This document shows positions 1 to 12,666 of a DNA stretch of 64,000 nucleotides, piece by piece. The stretch's first letter is position 1. Every line of letters begins with the position of its first letter. The notes beneath the pieces are model-generated. The model was not told the DNA's origin. It did no database searches and saw nothing but the letters and a program-made list of their open reading frames with translations. Source of the DNA: Epiperipatus broadwayi (lineage: Eukaryota; Animalia; Onychophora). The stretch lies in the NCBI GenBank assembly GCA_028023455.1, contig JAQFVV010000002.1:868001-932000 (forward strand), given 5' to 3'. The translations under genes and the position numbers were made by a program.

Positions 1-189
1 ATTTTCCCAGGGATCCAAGGTAATACTTACATTAGATGTGATATGTTGGAATATTTCCATCATCTATGAGTGAATGTTAAATGTATAGAAAATTTTAAAC
101 TTTATTTAAACTTTCGAAATACAAACAACTTGTTAGTAATAACACACAAATAGACAACCAATAATACACAAATAGATAACACAGGTTAG

Positions 190-240
190 TAATCACATGT
201 TATGAGTAGTAGTATTCTCCACTCTTCTTCAGGTGTTGCT
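190..240 (-). ncRNA. Degenerate Penelope-type hammerhead ribozyme remnant
   Basis: Minus strand reads CTGAAGA-A-GAG...CTC-ATAA-CATG-TG. Stem II (GAG/CTC) and the palindromic stem III (ACATGT) are present, but GAAA and the cleavage triplet are mutated. Confidence 0.35.
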
Positions 241-273
241 GGCCTATATACACAGTGACAATATTCGCTTAAA

Positions 274-340
274 AGTTGAACTCACATGTTTAGATTCTTG
301 AATATCGAATTTAAAGCAAACGCTCTACCAACTGAGATAT
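274..340 (-). mobile_element. tRNA-derived SINE head remnant
   Basis: Minus strand tatctcagttggtagagcg resembles a pol III A-box. gagttcaac, about 50 nt downstream, resembles a B-box. Confidence 0.45.
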
Positions 341-853
341 TCTGTCAAATTCCAAACTTATAATCATGCATATTCTCAATATTATATTTGTAGACTGTAG
401 TTTCTTTATAGTAAATCATACTAATAATATTAAAGATGAACTATGTAATATTTGTAATAGCTAACCATTTTTTCTGTAGAAAAATATATAAATGCTATTA
501 TATTTATTAAATATTTGAGCATTATTATTCATATATGTATACTTTTGATTTCAATTTATTTATTTTAAAAAATGTACATATGCTTTTAGTTATTGAATAA
601 TTTAGATAAATTTGATTTGTATTACTTTAAATATACACGTCTCTGTCAGTCTAAGTACTATCTGCCCTGAGTGAGCTAGCTAGTGGCTGGGTATTTGTTA
701 ACATGCTATGATTACTCTCCTCAACCCTTTCAGTATAATTCTTATGCAAGCATAGGATTGATGCTTGGAGTCGGAAAAGGCCGATGTCCATAAATATATT
801 GTTAAGTAAAAGTTAATTAGTAATTATGAGAAACTAAGGCTGAGAATCTATTT

Positions 854-874
854 ACACACACACACACACACACA
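854..874 (+). repeat. (CA)n microsatellite
   Basis: About 10 AC units. The other LTR copy has (AT)n at the same position. Confidence 0.9.
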
Positions 875-1042
875 TATATATATTCATTATGTCTACTATT
901 TAATTTTGTTCTTTGGTAATGTAGTTTTAAAGTAACTTGCCTCCTTGTCAGTAATAAATACAATAATACAAAGAAAAATATTTCATAAAAATAGCATAAG
1001 TCTTATCAGGTACAAATGGAAAAGGGGGGTAACCCATTGCAA

Positions 1043-1062
1043 TTGTTTCCCAAATATGGGAC
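1043..1062 (+). promoter_or_regulatory. Possible degenerate primer-binding site (tRNA-Lys(CTT)-like)
   Basis: tgtttcccaaatatgggact directly follows the LTR end. It partially matches TGGCGCCCAACGTGGGGCT, the complement of the tRNA-Lys CTT 3' end. Confidence 0.3.
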
Positions 1063-2774
1063 TACAAAGAGGAGAGGGTTAGGGGTAGAAAATAAAAATC
1101 AAGAAATACTAATAGTAAAGCATTGTAATTTATTGGTGTTTGAAGAAATAAGTTTTTTTTCCAAGAATTGGAATCAAGATATATTAAGGCAGATTGTAGG
1201 TAGAATAGTCAGAATACAGAAAATTATGACATGTAGCACAGTACTTGCTGAGAAATTAAGCCTGGCATATTTGTTGTAAAGATAAACAGGGTTATATATA
1301 TATTGTGCCCTTTTCTATAGGTCAGAAATAGTTCACCACAGTAAATTATTAAAAATTTTAAGTCTTAGAATGTGTTCTCTTGATGTGTTAATTATATTTT
1401 GTTAATAATATTTTAAAAGTACAATTTGAGGCTAAATGAAATACGTTATGCATAGAATTATGATAAATCACTTAAGAACAGTTAAGTAAAGCTAAAATTA
1501 TTGTTACATATGGTTGCAAAAGCTGGCCATAATAAATAACACAGCTATAAATATTTAAAAGTATGTTTTAAAAGTTCGATTTTAATAGTCTTATAGTTAA
1601 ATAAATATTATATTTAAAATTATAAATTATATTTAATGGTTATAATTAATATTATATATTTTAAAAAGTAAGTTTTATGGTAGTGAAAGTTGTATTTAAT
1701 TCTATATTTTCCAAATTATTCTTCCAAATTTTATATAATTGTATTATTTTATTTAATACAATAAGTGTAGCAATTTATTATTATTCCCAGAAAGAAAAAT
1801 CGGCTTCAGTCTGTATTGGTTATATTAGTCATGTGATTTGTATAATAATATATGGTTGTACACACATGCTTGCTAGTATTTAGATTAGTAAAATTCAAAA
1901 TGTTTTAAAAATTGCATTATAGAATTGGATATAATTATTATCTATCATAAAAGCCAATATTAAATATTAACTATCATATAAAATGTTTTAAATAATGTAA
2001 TAAAGATGAGTGCAGTTAATAAAAAAGTTAAATATTTTGTTAAAATAAAAATAGAATAATTAAATATTAAAAGTAGGATAAATTTATTGAATATTGTTTT
2101 AAGTTATTTTAAAGTATTTAATTAATTTAGTAAAATAATAATTGATTTAAAAGTAATAATTTAAAATAAGATTTTAAAGTTTTAATACGTCATATTTTTT
2201 ATTTTGAAATTTAATTGTGTAAGTTTCTAACATTATGCAAATTTGGTATTAAACCAAAAGTAAGAATCAACCAATAGAATGATGTTCTAGGATATAAATA
2301 CGGATTGCATGGGGGGTATCAGTAATGATTAAAAAATGTATTAAAGGTAGCAGAGATCATATCAGAAGCTATCAAGGTGATAGTATTTTTTTATTTTTTT
2401 ATTTAGTCAATTTTTTAGTGCTCTCTTTACAATTTTATCTGCAAAGCTAATAGGTTATTATTATTTTAAAAAGTATTTGCAAAAAGAGTGTAAAATAAAA
2501 ATATTTATAATAACTTCTTTTAATATGCCCTGCTAATTTTAAAAATCTTTTGCCAGTAGTATTCGTCAAAATCTAAATTATAACTTCGCAATAATAAAAT
2601 GGATATAAACCAGCAAGCATCACATGATCACATCTCCAATACTAGCAAATAATTGTTTACAAACAAAGCAAAGCAAAACTCCATTTAGTAGTGCCACCTG
2701 TGCTAAACAGAGTAATCAATGGATACCAGAAGGCTTATGCATAAAATCCCTATCTAATGCCTACTCATCCAATA

Positions 2775-2816
2775 TCCCCAGACTAGTTTCTGGCTTGTGG
2801 CCTTCATCAGTGAGGA
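2775..2816 (-). ncRNA. Minimal type I hammerhead ribozyme, core intact
   Basis: Minus strand tcctca-CTGATGA-aggccacaagcca-GAAA-ctag-TC-tgggga. Stem I tcctca/tgggga, stem II GGC/GCC, palindromic stem III ACTAGT, GUC cleavage triplet. Confidence 0.85.
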
Positions 2817-3232
2817 GCTTTGGATCTGAGAGCACTGCATTTAGATCTTAGGATCTAATGCAACCCTCTAGCAACCACCTTTTATCTCTACTTAACTACA
2901 AAACTATGAGCATGAAATTGAAAACACAAAAAATATTTTCAATCTAAGCTCAATAGCTTATATAGTCATATGGGTCTGAACTCAGTTCAGCACCCATACC
3001 TTTTGGTGTCTTTGGCTCTTTAACAACCATAGCCACCACTACCCTATTAGGCAGGATTGGTGTTAAACCAGCAAGCATCACATGATCACATCTCCAATAC
3101 TAGCACATAATTGTTTATAAACAAAGCAAAGCAAAACTCCATATAGTAGTGCCACCTGTGCTAAACAGAGTAATCAATGGTTGCCAGAAGGCTTATGCAT
3201 AAAATCCCTATCTAATGCCTACTCATCCAATA

Positions 3233-3271
3233 TCCCCAGGGTAGTTTCTGGCTTGTAGTCTTCGTCAGTGA
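3233..3271 (-). ncRNA. Hammerhead copy, truncated and probably inactive
   Basis: CTGACGA...GAAA-ctac-CC: U16.1 is lost, and the copy is cut in stem I by the inversion junction. Confidence 0.7.
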
Positions 3272-3420
3272 CTATATAAGCTATTGAGCTTAGATTGAAA
3301 ATATTTTTTGTGCTTTCAATTTCATGCTCATAGTTTTGTAGTTAAGTAGAGATAAAAGGTGTTTGCTAGAGGGTTGAATTAGATCCTAAGATTTAGATGC
3401 AGTGCTCTCAGATCCAAAGC

Positions 3421-3462
3421 TCCTCAGTGATGAAGGCCACAAGCCAGAAACTAGTCTGGAGA
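3421..3462 (+). ncRNA. Hammerhead copy with a C3G core mutation (probably inactive)
   Basis: tcctca-GTGATGA-aggccacaagcca-GAAA-ctag-TC-tggaga. Confidence 0.75.
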
Positions 3463-4419
3463 TATTGGATGAGTAGGCATTAGATAGGGATTTTATGCAT
3501 AAGACTTCTGGCATCCATTGATTACTCTGTTTAACACAGGTGGCTCTACTATATGGAGTTTTGTTTTGCTTTGTTTAAAATGGATATACCAATAAGTAAA
3601 ACGTATTCAACTTATAATATTTTAAAAATGAGTATAATATTTATTGATGCAGTTTTAATAATATTGATTAAGAGGACTATTCAAATGAATAAATTAATTT
3701 TATGGACATTGTATGGGAAACTCATTAGAAAAAAAAACTATTTGCCAATTAAAAGTAAAGACACATTCTTATTTATAGTAAGATAGTTTTATCCAGTATT
3801 AATAAACAAAAGGACAAGTATACTTTATAATAAATTTATGGAAATATCATGTTATAAAAGTAAATGTTATATCCTTTTTGAAGGAAACATTTAAAATATT
3901 TTCAAGAAATTATTTTAAGAAAAGACTCACAGAAAATATTTAGAAAAGCGTATGTTATAAAAAAAAAACCCGAGGCATATAGAGGGTTAATACGCATATA
4001 TAAAATTGTTTTAAAAGCTGATAATTTAAGACAAAAAACCCTCTGAATAGGTAATAAATAACAATAAATTTCCTTGAAGAAGAAACCTATAAAGAAAATG
4101 AACATGTTAATAAATAAAATGTGGAATTATGGAAATAAGTATTGCGCAAAAGTTTATCTGGATAATTCAAGCTAAGTCAAAAGGGACAGGATGCATTGCC
4201 CAGCTAATAAGGAATATTCCAGAATAGGACCTTCAAGTTATTATTTTTAATAATTATAATTTTATTATGATTTCCATAATCATTGTACTGGATAATAGAA
4301 ACATAAACTGTTGTTCTATAAACTTTTCCAGGATCGATTGATTATTATTCTATTTAATTTTTCAAGATTTTAAGACGTCGTAATATTTTTTTTATTATTC
4401 ATTTTTTAAAACCTGATAT

Positions 4420-4490
4420 TTTCATGCCGGAAGTTTGGATGACACTTATTGCAGGAAACGTATTGTCTTGTTTGTTGTCATAGCAATGGG
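4420..4490. promoter_or_regulatory. Candidate promoter motifs: ETS (CCGGAAGT) and RFX X-box-like (GTTGTCATAGCAAT)
   Basis: ccggaagt at ~4427-4434 and gttgtcatagcaat at 4474-4487, in a stretch that keeps several CpGs. Confidence 0.35.
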
Positions 4491-7479
4491 AGAGGTTGTA
4501 AAATTACTCTTGAGAGAACATTTTAAAAAAAAAAACTTTTGAAAAAGAAAATGAAAATATTCAGACTTATAAAGAACATTCGTTTTTCAGCTGAAGTTAT
4601 GTAAATATGATTTTCATTTATTACTATTTATTTTAAATGTAAATTTTCTAGTTTATAAGTGTAGGAACATGAACATTAATTTATTGATAATATTAAAATC
4701 CTATAATATAATAATTTAATAATTTAAATAAAAACATTTTAAATAAAGGTATGGATGTGTTTTCATGTATTGCAATGTATCTAATTGATGGAAAACCGAA
4801 GACTGCATAGGTGATAATAAGCTAATATCACTTGGTAATAGTTAATGAATATTGATATTTGATGATGTATATTTTGTTTTCTTTTTAGATTGCCTATGAA
4901 TTATAATGAATGGGAAGTATAAATGTTTAATTATATGTAAATGCATTTTGTACAACACTTTAAAATTATGAGACTAGGATTTATTTTGGGAATATGCATA
5001 CTATAATTTTATACTAGTAATACAACACAACATGATAATAAATATTGCTGTGATTCTTTTAAAAACTTTCATATTATTGGATGTTCAAGATTTATATGAT
5101 GTTTGTAAAGGTTTTAGAATATAGAATAAGAAAGTAAGCAGACTTTTCTTGTGGATCAGTGAGATCACTCTAATTATAAATGAATTTTATTTATTGTTTT
5201 GAATATGCAAGATAGTTATTTTGTCGATGTAAGATGTGATAAATCTTTAGGAAATAATGATAAGATAGTGGCTTGGTAGTAATATGGTAAACATGAACCC
5301 AAGATAATGTTATAATAGGATGTGATGAGGGAATATGAAGAATATTTTATAATCTTAGTGGAGATACAATACAGTTAACAATGCCCTGTAATTGTATATT
5401 TATTTTGGACAGTGTCTATTTTCTTTAAGTATTGATGTTTTTAATAAAGCTGAAGTAATAGCCTTAACATCACTGATGTATTGGAGGACATTAGACTAGG
5501 TCATGCCTCTATTTCTTGTAGATACGCTGTGCCATGATATTTTTCTCTGATAATTGCTATGATTAATACTCAAGTTTTTCTTTCCTAGATCCTACTCATC
5601 TATTCGCTATCTAGATTTCCAATGTAACTATATCGTTCAGTATGATATATTTGAAAAGAAATAATAGATAATTTAGAGTTTAAGATATGCTATCATTTTG
5701 AATGAGATAAGTTCATTTACTTAGAAGAAGTAGAATTTGTATAAATTGGAATTGAAAATCCAATGGATCCTAAAAAGGAAAAGAATCATAAAATATGTTG
5801 GTTTTTTTTGGATTTATTTTGGAAACAAAATAAAATTTCAAGAATAATGTATATAAAACAAAGTTGTTATTTAAAATGTTAAATAACTTTTAAATGCTTT
5901 ATTTTGTTTTAAAGTAAGTATTGCATATTTTTAAAAATATAATGTTATAAAGTAAAACGATATAAATAATAAACATAGGTATAATTTTGTATTTATTAAA
6001 TAATAGGGAATATATCGGTAATTACAACTATATAGTATTAAAGTAATATTAAATGGGGATATGTTATATTTAATAAACATAGTGTAGTAAACAACGTTTT
6101 CCACAAAATCTAGTAATAAATTATTAGATACATATTTTATATGACATCTTTTAACATTGCAAGATGAAAATTGTTTATTTTTAAAAGATCCATACTCACA
6201 ATAATGTTATATTTTATGTTTTTCCGTAATATGTTTCTATGGATGTTTTTTAGAAAGAAAAGTATAGTTAAATAATATTTAAGGATAGGATATATTTTTT
6301 TATAAAAATAAATAAATGTAATTTATCATAAGTTTAATTAGAAAGAGATAAATAAAATGGTATTATTTTATTATTATTATTTTAAGTCAGAATGAAGACT
6401 TAAATAAATTCTAGATTGTTTAATAACTAAGTAATAAAAAAAAATGTAGAACGGTGTAAATTGAGGATATCCAATGTAAATATTGTAAATAAATTGTTTT
6501 ATTTTATTGTTAATAATAAACTTTGTTAAATTTGTTTTCAAAATTTGTGTGTCCTGACTGTTTCATTTTCCCATTACACTGCATGAGATACCCAGAATAA
6601 CAGAAACAAATATATAATTTTTGCACTGAGATAAATAAAGAATTATTTTAAGAATTCGAATATTGTCTTGGTATTCATTTAATTAAGTAATCATATTTTA
6701 CATTATCTTATGGTCATAAATTAGTTATCATAATGGTACATTGAATTATATGCTATCCGTTGCCACACACCTTTATTTGTCAGATTATAAATGCTACCAT
6801 ATTTTCTTACATTATTATATGAAGATAAACGATTATATCATATTATATTATTTTATTATGGTAATAAAATTATAGTGAAAAAAGAGATATACAGAATTAG
6901 TTCATATAATGAAGAATATTATTATTATTTGTTATTATTAGTTTAAGTGTAGTAGAGTATGACATAAAATCCCTTCTCATGTTTTACTACAATAATTTTA
7001 ATTAACTTAGAATAGTTTTATGAACCTGAGATTTTATTGAGCTAAATTATAGTAGATAAAAGATTAAGATTTAATAATTAGTTTAATCTTAATGAGTAGG
7101 ATTTATTAAAGTCATAAGAATACTATAAGTTTATTATTTAAGATAGTAATAGGGGGGATAGTGTTCTTATGCCATTGAGGTAGTATCCTGTGGGATATTG
7201 GCTCAATGTAATCCTTCTTGTCACCTTGTATTTTCACTTCCAAGTCTCATGATATAATAAATATTTATTTAATTATTTTATAAACTGAACCTTATTCTTA
7301 TTTTGAATTTGAGCCAGTAGAATATTTTAATACTAATGCAGAATATTTTATTTATTAATTATTTGCATTATAACAAATGTAATCCGTAACTGAGTTATCC
7401 CATTTTTATTTTATATTATATTGTTTGGAAGTGAATATGTACAAAGGCAAGGTTAGAATATATATATATCAAAAAGAAT

Positions 7480-10400
7480 GTGTTAGTCAAAATAAAGATA
7501 TTTAGAGAGCAGAGACATCTGGATAACATCTAAATAGTCTGCAGAGATTTTTTTGCAGCCACAGAATAGGGAAAAATAACAAAGTAATAGTAGCATACAT
7601 TCACCTACAGGAGTATGCCCAGACATGCTGAGAATCACTGCTACTCCAACCAAAAACTTTCCAACAATATGAAATAGCCCTAAAGAGCATTTTGGCACAA
7701 AGAGCAACAAGATAATATTAAGGCTCAAATAATGGCGAAGAGGAAAAAGCTTGCATTTATTTTTTTACATACCAAGTATTTACATTGAGGAAGCTGGAAG
7801 CATGTGAACTATCAGAAAGGCAGATTGTGGGAATCATCTGTAGAAATTTGCCAGAGAAAATAAATGGTATACTAGGAAAGATTGGGGGGGTACATTAGCA
7901 AAAGATATTGATAGGATATTAAAGCAAATAAAGATTATCAAGCAATGAAAAAGATGGGAAACTAGGGAGCCTATGATATTAGAAATATGGACAATAAATT
8001 TGAAGGAGGAAGTTGGAATAAAAAAGAGACTGAGACTGAAGAAAATGACGCAAAGCTAGACTACAAACATAAAGAAAGCAATTAGGAAATTTAGTATACT
8101 CATGGGATGATCTAGTTCCTAGTTATGCTAATCATGTTTGCCCTATGAACTGGATAACAATCACTCAGATGGAAATCAAGATGTTAGTAGACTGTGGTAG
8201 CCAAATTTTGGTGTTGTCAGAGGAAGTATATTTTTATATTATAAGTGAATAGCATTCTGATTTTCCTGATAAAGCAGCCCAGGTAAGGATGGCAAGTAAC
8301 AGAAAAGCTAAGATTGAACCCAAACAAGTATGGGTAGATTTAAAAATAAGTGGGAAACTGTTTTACCATGTAGTTTTGATTGTGAAGTCTCTAATACATG
8401 ATGCTCTGATAGAATTATTTTCATAAATATAAATGTGCCATCAATTTTGGGACAGAACAGGTCATATGTAAGAAGGAGGCAGTAAAGTTCGCAAAACCAG
8501 TTATATAGTTCAATAGTGGTGCTTCAAGTTAAGCAAGAGAAAATGAAGGGGATTATAAAAGAAAAGATAAAGGAGGCTAGAATGTAAATGGACGGGAATT
8601 GTTCAAGCAAATGCTTGAAAAGTATAATTATGTCTTTTCAGTATACCGAGAGTAATCCAGGGTTTTGAACAGTAAATTAAGTTAAAACAGGATAATCCAT
8701 TGCAATCCTGTTCTTACCTGGTCCTACAACAGTATAAGGAGCAGGTCCAAAAGCAAATAAATCAGATGATGGAATGGGCAGTCATTTTCAAAATGTTCAT
8801 CCCCATACTGTAATCCATTGGTTGTGATAAAAAAATTGGAATGTCAGATTATGTCTTGATGCTATGCAATTAAATTAAATAACAGTACCTGACTGTAACA
8901 TCCCACCCCACCATACATGAGTTGTTAGGGAATTTCAAAGTTTTCTACTGGCAAATCAAGCTTCATCCAGTTGACCAGCAATACACAGCTTTTAGATATG
9001 AAGGATATTTGTACCAATTCAACAGAAATGCCATTTGTCCTGATAAATAGTAGGGCTGGGCTTCAAATCTGCCTTGATCAGGTGTCAGATGAAGTTAAAA
9101 AGCTAGTAATGATGTATATTGGTTACATATTGATAGCTTTGCCAATTATAGATGAGCATATCCAGAATATAAAAATGTTCCTCATTGAATGTAAGAAGGT
9201 GATTAAAATAAACTTAAAGAAAAGTATTCTAATGAGGGATGAAGTAATGTTTTTGTGCCACGTGGTAGGATTGCAAGGGATTAGAGCACATCCAGACAAA
9301 GTCCTAGCTATCAGGGATTTTCCTTCACCTAGACCCAGGAAACAAGATTTGATCATTCCTGGGTTTGTGCAATTTTTATAATAGGTTTCATGAACAGTTG
9401 GAAAAATGTCTGGAACCACTAGTCAGGCTATTAAGAAAATATGTACCATGGAAGTGAGCCAGGGAGCAAGATAAAGCCTTTGAGGACATAAAAGGGGTAT
9501 TTATGAAACAGGCCATGTTATTCCCAGATTTTGCCAAACCTTTCTTTTGGCAAACTGATAGTAGTTGATACATGTTGGGGATAACTTTATTGCAAGTACA
9601 AAATGGAAAGATGGTGGTATTTTACTTTATAAGTTGTTTGTTAAAAACCCTGAACTAGATTACTCTGCCACTAAAAAGGAGGCATTAGCAATTGTCTGGG
9701 CCTTTCATAAATTTAGATCTTTCTTTCTAGGATCAAAGGTGATCATATCAACCGATCACAAAAGGTTGAAATTCCTAAATCATAGCTACCTGATAAACAA
9801 CCAGTTTGTCCGCTGGAGTCTGTTCATCCAGGAATACAACTATATAGTGCAATACTGTGAAGGGTCTGAAACATCATTGCTGATATTCTAAGCAGACATC
9901 CTGCTGGCCCTCAGCCTTGCCATTTAGGGGGAGGAAATCTGTACATCATCATTATAGATTTGAGAATTAATGAAAGGGTGGAAAAAGAGTTGGAACATGG
10001 ATTATCATCAGCATGAAGATGAATAATTGGAAACTTGTGATTGAACAATTGGAAGGTGATAAGGCCATAAATGTCACATGGGGAGGTAGTAAGGGAGAAA
10101 GATTCTGGATATGCCATGGCATATTGCAACACAAAATATGAGATGACCGAAAAGAATGAAAGCCCATCATACCTTGTCAGATGAGAGATGTTGTGACTGG
10201 AGGTCCATCATACCTTGTCAGATGAGAGATGTTACCATGTTCATCAACTATATGGCCATTATGGTACTCTAAAAACTGAGCATTTGCTCTTGAGATGGTT
10301 CTACTTGTGAGACATCTATACCAAAATCATGGGTATACTTGACCAATGTGAAACCTGCAAATAAGAGCTATGTGACTCCTATGGATTCTGTGATACCATC

Positions 10401-11140
10401 AAAATCTCAGGAGGTGATGGTGATCGATTTCTATAGCCCATTACTGGCATTTAATTAAAAAATATTTTATGGTCATATACAATTTATTTTCAAAGTATGC
10501 ATCCATGTATCCCATCACTCAGGCTAATGTAAGAAATTCCATGAAGATGCTGGAAAGTAGGCATTTCCTGAAAGTTGAAAAGCCTAAGGTCATTCTTTCA
10601 AATCATGGTACTCCATTTTTGTCAAGGGAGTGATGTACATGGAACCAGAGACCAGAGATTAAGCATATATTCATGTCAATTCAGAATCCTCAATGAAACC
10701 ATTGTGAAAGGATGATGCAGGAATTAGGGCAGTTGTTTCCCTTTATCTTAGTACAAATCACAGGGGTTAAGTACTTGCTGCAGATTGTGAATTATATAAA
10801 TTTATCCATAAATGAGTAAACTGGTTTTGCTCCTCTGCATTTGCAGATGGGAAAACCATCAATCATGAAACTGATAGTATCCAGGCATCCTATACCTTAC
10901 ATAGAATGAACCAAAGAATGAATAGAAGACCAATAAGAAATCCCTACAACTTCAAAATAGGAGACCGGGTCAGGATGCTCCATATGAATAATGCAGGCAA
11001 GTTTATATATTGGAAAATTTTGCAATTTATATAAAGGTCCCTTTTCCATCACCATCAGGGAAATAATGCTTTTTGGGTAGATATCAGGCAAGAAATCAAA
11101 GGATATTATAATGCCTGGTCACTAAAACCTGTGGCATCAT
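7480..11140 (+). pseudogene. Ty3/Gypsy gag-pol relic (gag, protease, RT, RNase H, integrase) with many stops and frameshifts
   Basis: gag-like ...FWHKEQQDNIKAQIM (~7690-7735); protease MLVDCGSQI (~8180-8210); RT EVMFLCHVVGLQGIRAHPDKVLAIRDFPSP; RNase H YSATKKEALAIVWAFHKFRSFFLGSKVIISTDHKRL; integrase HH-CC region ~10240-10360; YKGPF near 11030. Confidence 0.92.
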
Positions 11141-11286
11141 ATACAAACAAATAAAAAGTTGAACATTTTCTTTTTATTGGATAAAATGAGCTTAAAAACA
11201 AGAAGGAAAGAAAAATTTTTTCAATATTATTTTTTTTAGTTTAATTTTGAGCCATCCAAACACACAGACTATGTTTGAAGGTTTCC

Positions 11287-11300
11287 AGATGGGGGAGGGG
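11287..11300 (+). promoter_or_regulatory. Polypurine tract
   Basis: agatgggggagggg lies 4 nt before TGTAAC, the LTR start. Confidence 0.8.
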
Positions 11301-11450
11301 TTATTGTAACATGAACCAGGTTTGAACCCTAATATAAGTTAAAGGGATTCAATATTGATACATATATATTCAGATGTAGTAAATCAAATATACATATTTG
11401 ATTAAGTCAAAATGACTGAATAATGTATCTAAAACTGGCTTAAAAGGAGA

Positions 11451-11744
11451 GTTTGTGCTCATTTATTTTAATGGAGTATGTGTATGTATATGTTATTATA
11501 TAATCATATGTACAAAAAAGAATCTTTGGGAAAAGCATATAATGTATTTTTTTTTGTTTTAAATTGTTGTATAATTTTATTTTATTTGTAAATCAAAGTT
11601 TGTGCTCATTTATTTTAATGGAGTATGTGTATGCATATGTTATTATATAATCATATGTACAAAAAAGAATCTTTGGGAAAAGCATATAATGTATTTTTTT
11701 TTGTTTTAAATTGTTGTATAATTTTATTTTATTTGTAAATCAAA
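11451..11744 (+). repeat. 147-bp tandem duplication inside the LTR
   Basis: gtttgtgctcatttattt starts at 11451 and 11598. The two copies are almost identical. Confidence 0.95.
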
Positions 11745-12666
11745 TATGTAAATGATGTGAAATGAAACAAATGTTATCTGGGAATGATTTTACCATAATA
11801 TTGTTTAAAGTTATTTTTAAAGATGTCTAATGAAACTTTTTAAGATGGAAAAAAAAAACTTGCGAAAAGCTTTTCTTTGCTAAAAAAAATAAGACAAAAG
11901 AAGCCAGACCTAAAATCACACAGGATAACATTTAAAATATCGAACATTTTGAGGAGTAGAACTTTCTAAAAAAAACAAAAGGTATACATAGAAAAATCAG
12001 AAGACCAGTTTTAGTTTTTATGTTGATATTTTTGCTGTCATATATAAATTGATATTGCAGATTTTTATGATTTTGGAAGAAAATATATATTTACCAGACA
12101 AGATAAATATATTTGGGTAAAGTCCTAGATGCACTGAGCTTTTATCTCACTGCTCCACAAAGAAAACAAAAAGCTGGTACATGATTCTGGATCTGGCTGA
12201 AGATAAAAAAAACCCATCTGTCCATCTGCATCTCTGAAGTATTCTGATTCATCATTGTAATTGGAAATTTTAAAAGTCAAACACATTCTTTCTGAACAAT
12301 TTCTGTAGCCATAGTGTTTTCTGAGTAAGCTTACTTTCCGTATGAATGTGAACAATCTAATTCTCCCAGGGATCCAAAGGTAATATGTATATTATTCCAA
12401 ACATATAATCATGCACATTCTCAATATTATATTTGTAAACTGTAATTTCTTTATATTGAATCATATTAATAATATTAAAAATAAACTATTTAATATTTGT
12501 AATAACTAACCATTTTGTCTAAAGAAAAAAAAAAGCTATTATATTCATTAAATATGTGAGCACTATGATATATATAAACCAAAACTGCCTAACACTATAC
12601 TAGTAATAAATAAAATGCAAAACCACAAAGTAATACTAGATAAAATCCAAAATTTTTACCAAAATT

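Larger units (their letters stand above)
1..1041 (+). mobile_element. LTR of a Ty3/Gypsy element (3' part; start lies outside the window), with a ~315-bp insertion at ~30-345
   Basis: 1-28 and 346-1041 align (roughly 85% by eye) with 12361-12565 plus 16365-16921. Both copies end at the same point (aacccattgca / aacccactaca), giving the terminal CA. Confidence 0.75.
2608..3575. mobile_element. Hammerhead-bearing non-autonomous retroelement (retrozyme-like), locus 1: 458-bp monomer + partial second monomer + inverted arm
   Basis: Direct repeat with period 458 (cagcaagcatcac at 2611 and 3069). Inversion junction at ~3270. 13-bp TSD taaaatggatata at 2595-2607 and 3576-3588. Confidence 0.9.

Noticed and set aside
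1016-1279. 87-aa ORF as a gene
   Set aside because: It starts inside the LTR end and runs through the PBS region, with no recognisable domain.
4486-4542. ATG next to the X-box as a coding start
   Set aside because: It stops after 18 codons, read-through would need a homopolymer correction, and no coherent exon chain could be built.
7733-7744. tggcgaagagga resembles a tRNA-Ser(GCT) primer-binding site
   Set aside because: It lies inside the gag reading frame (...KAQIMAKR...) and no LTR end precedes it.
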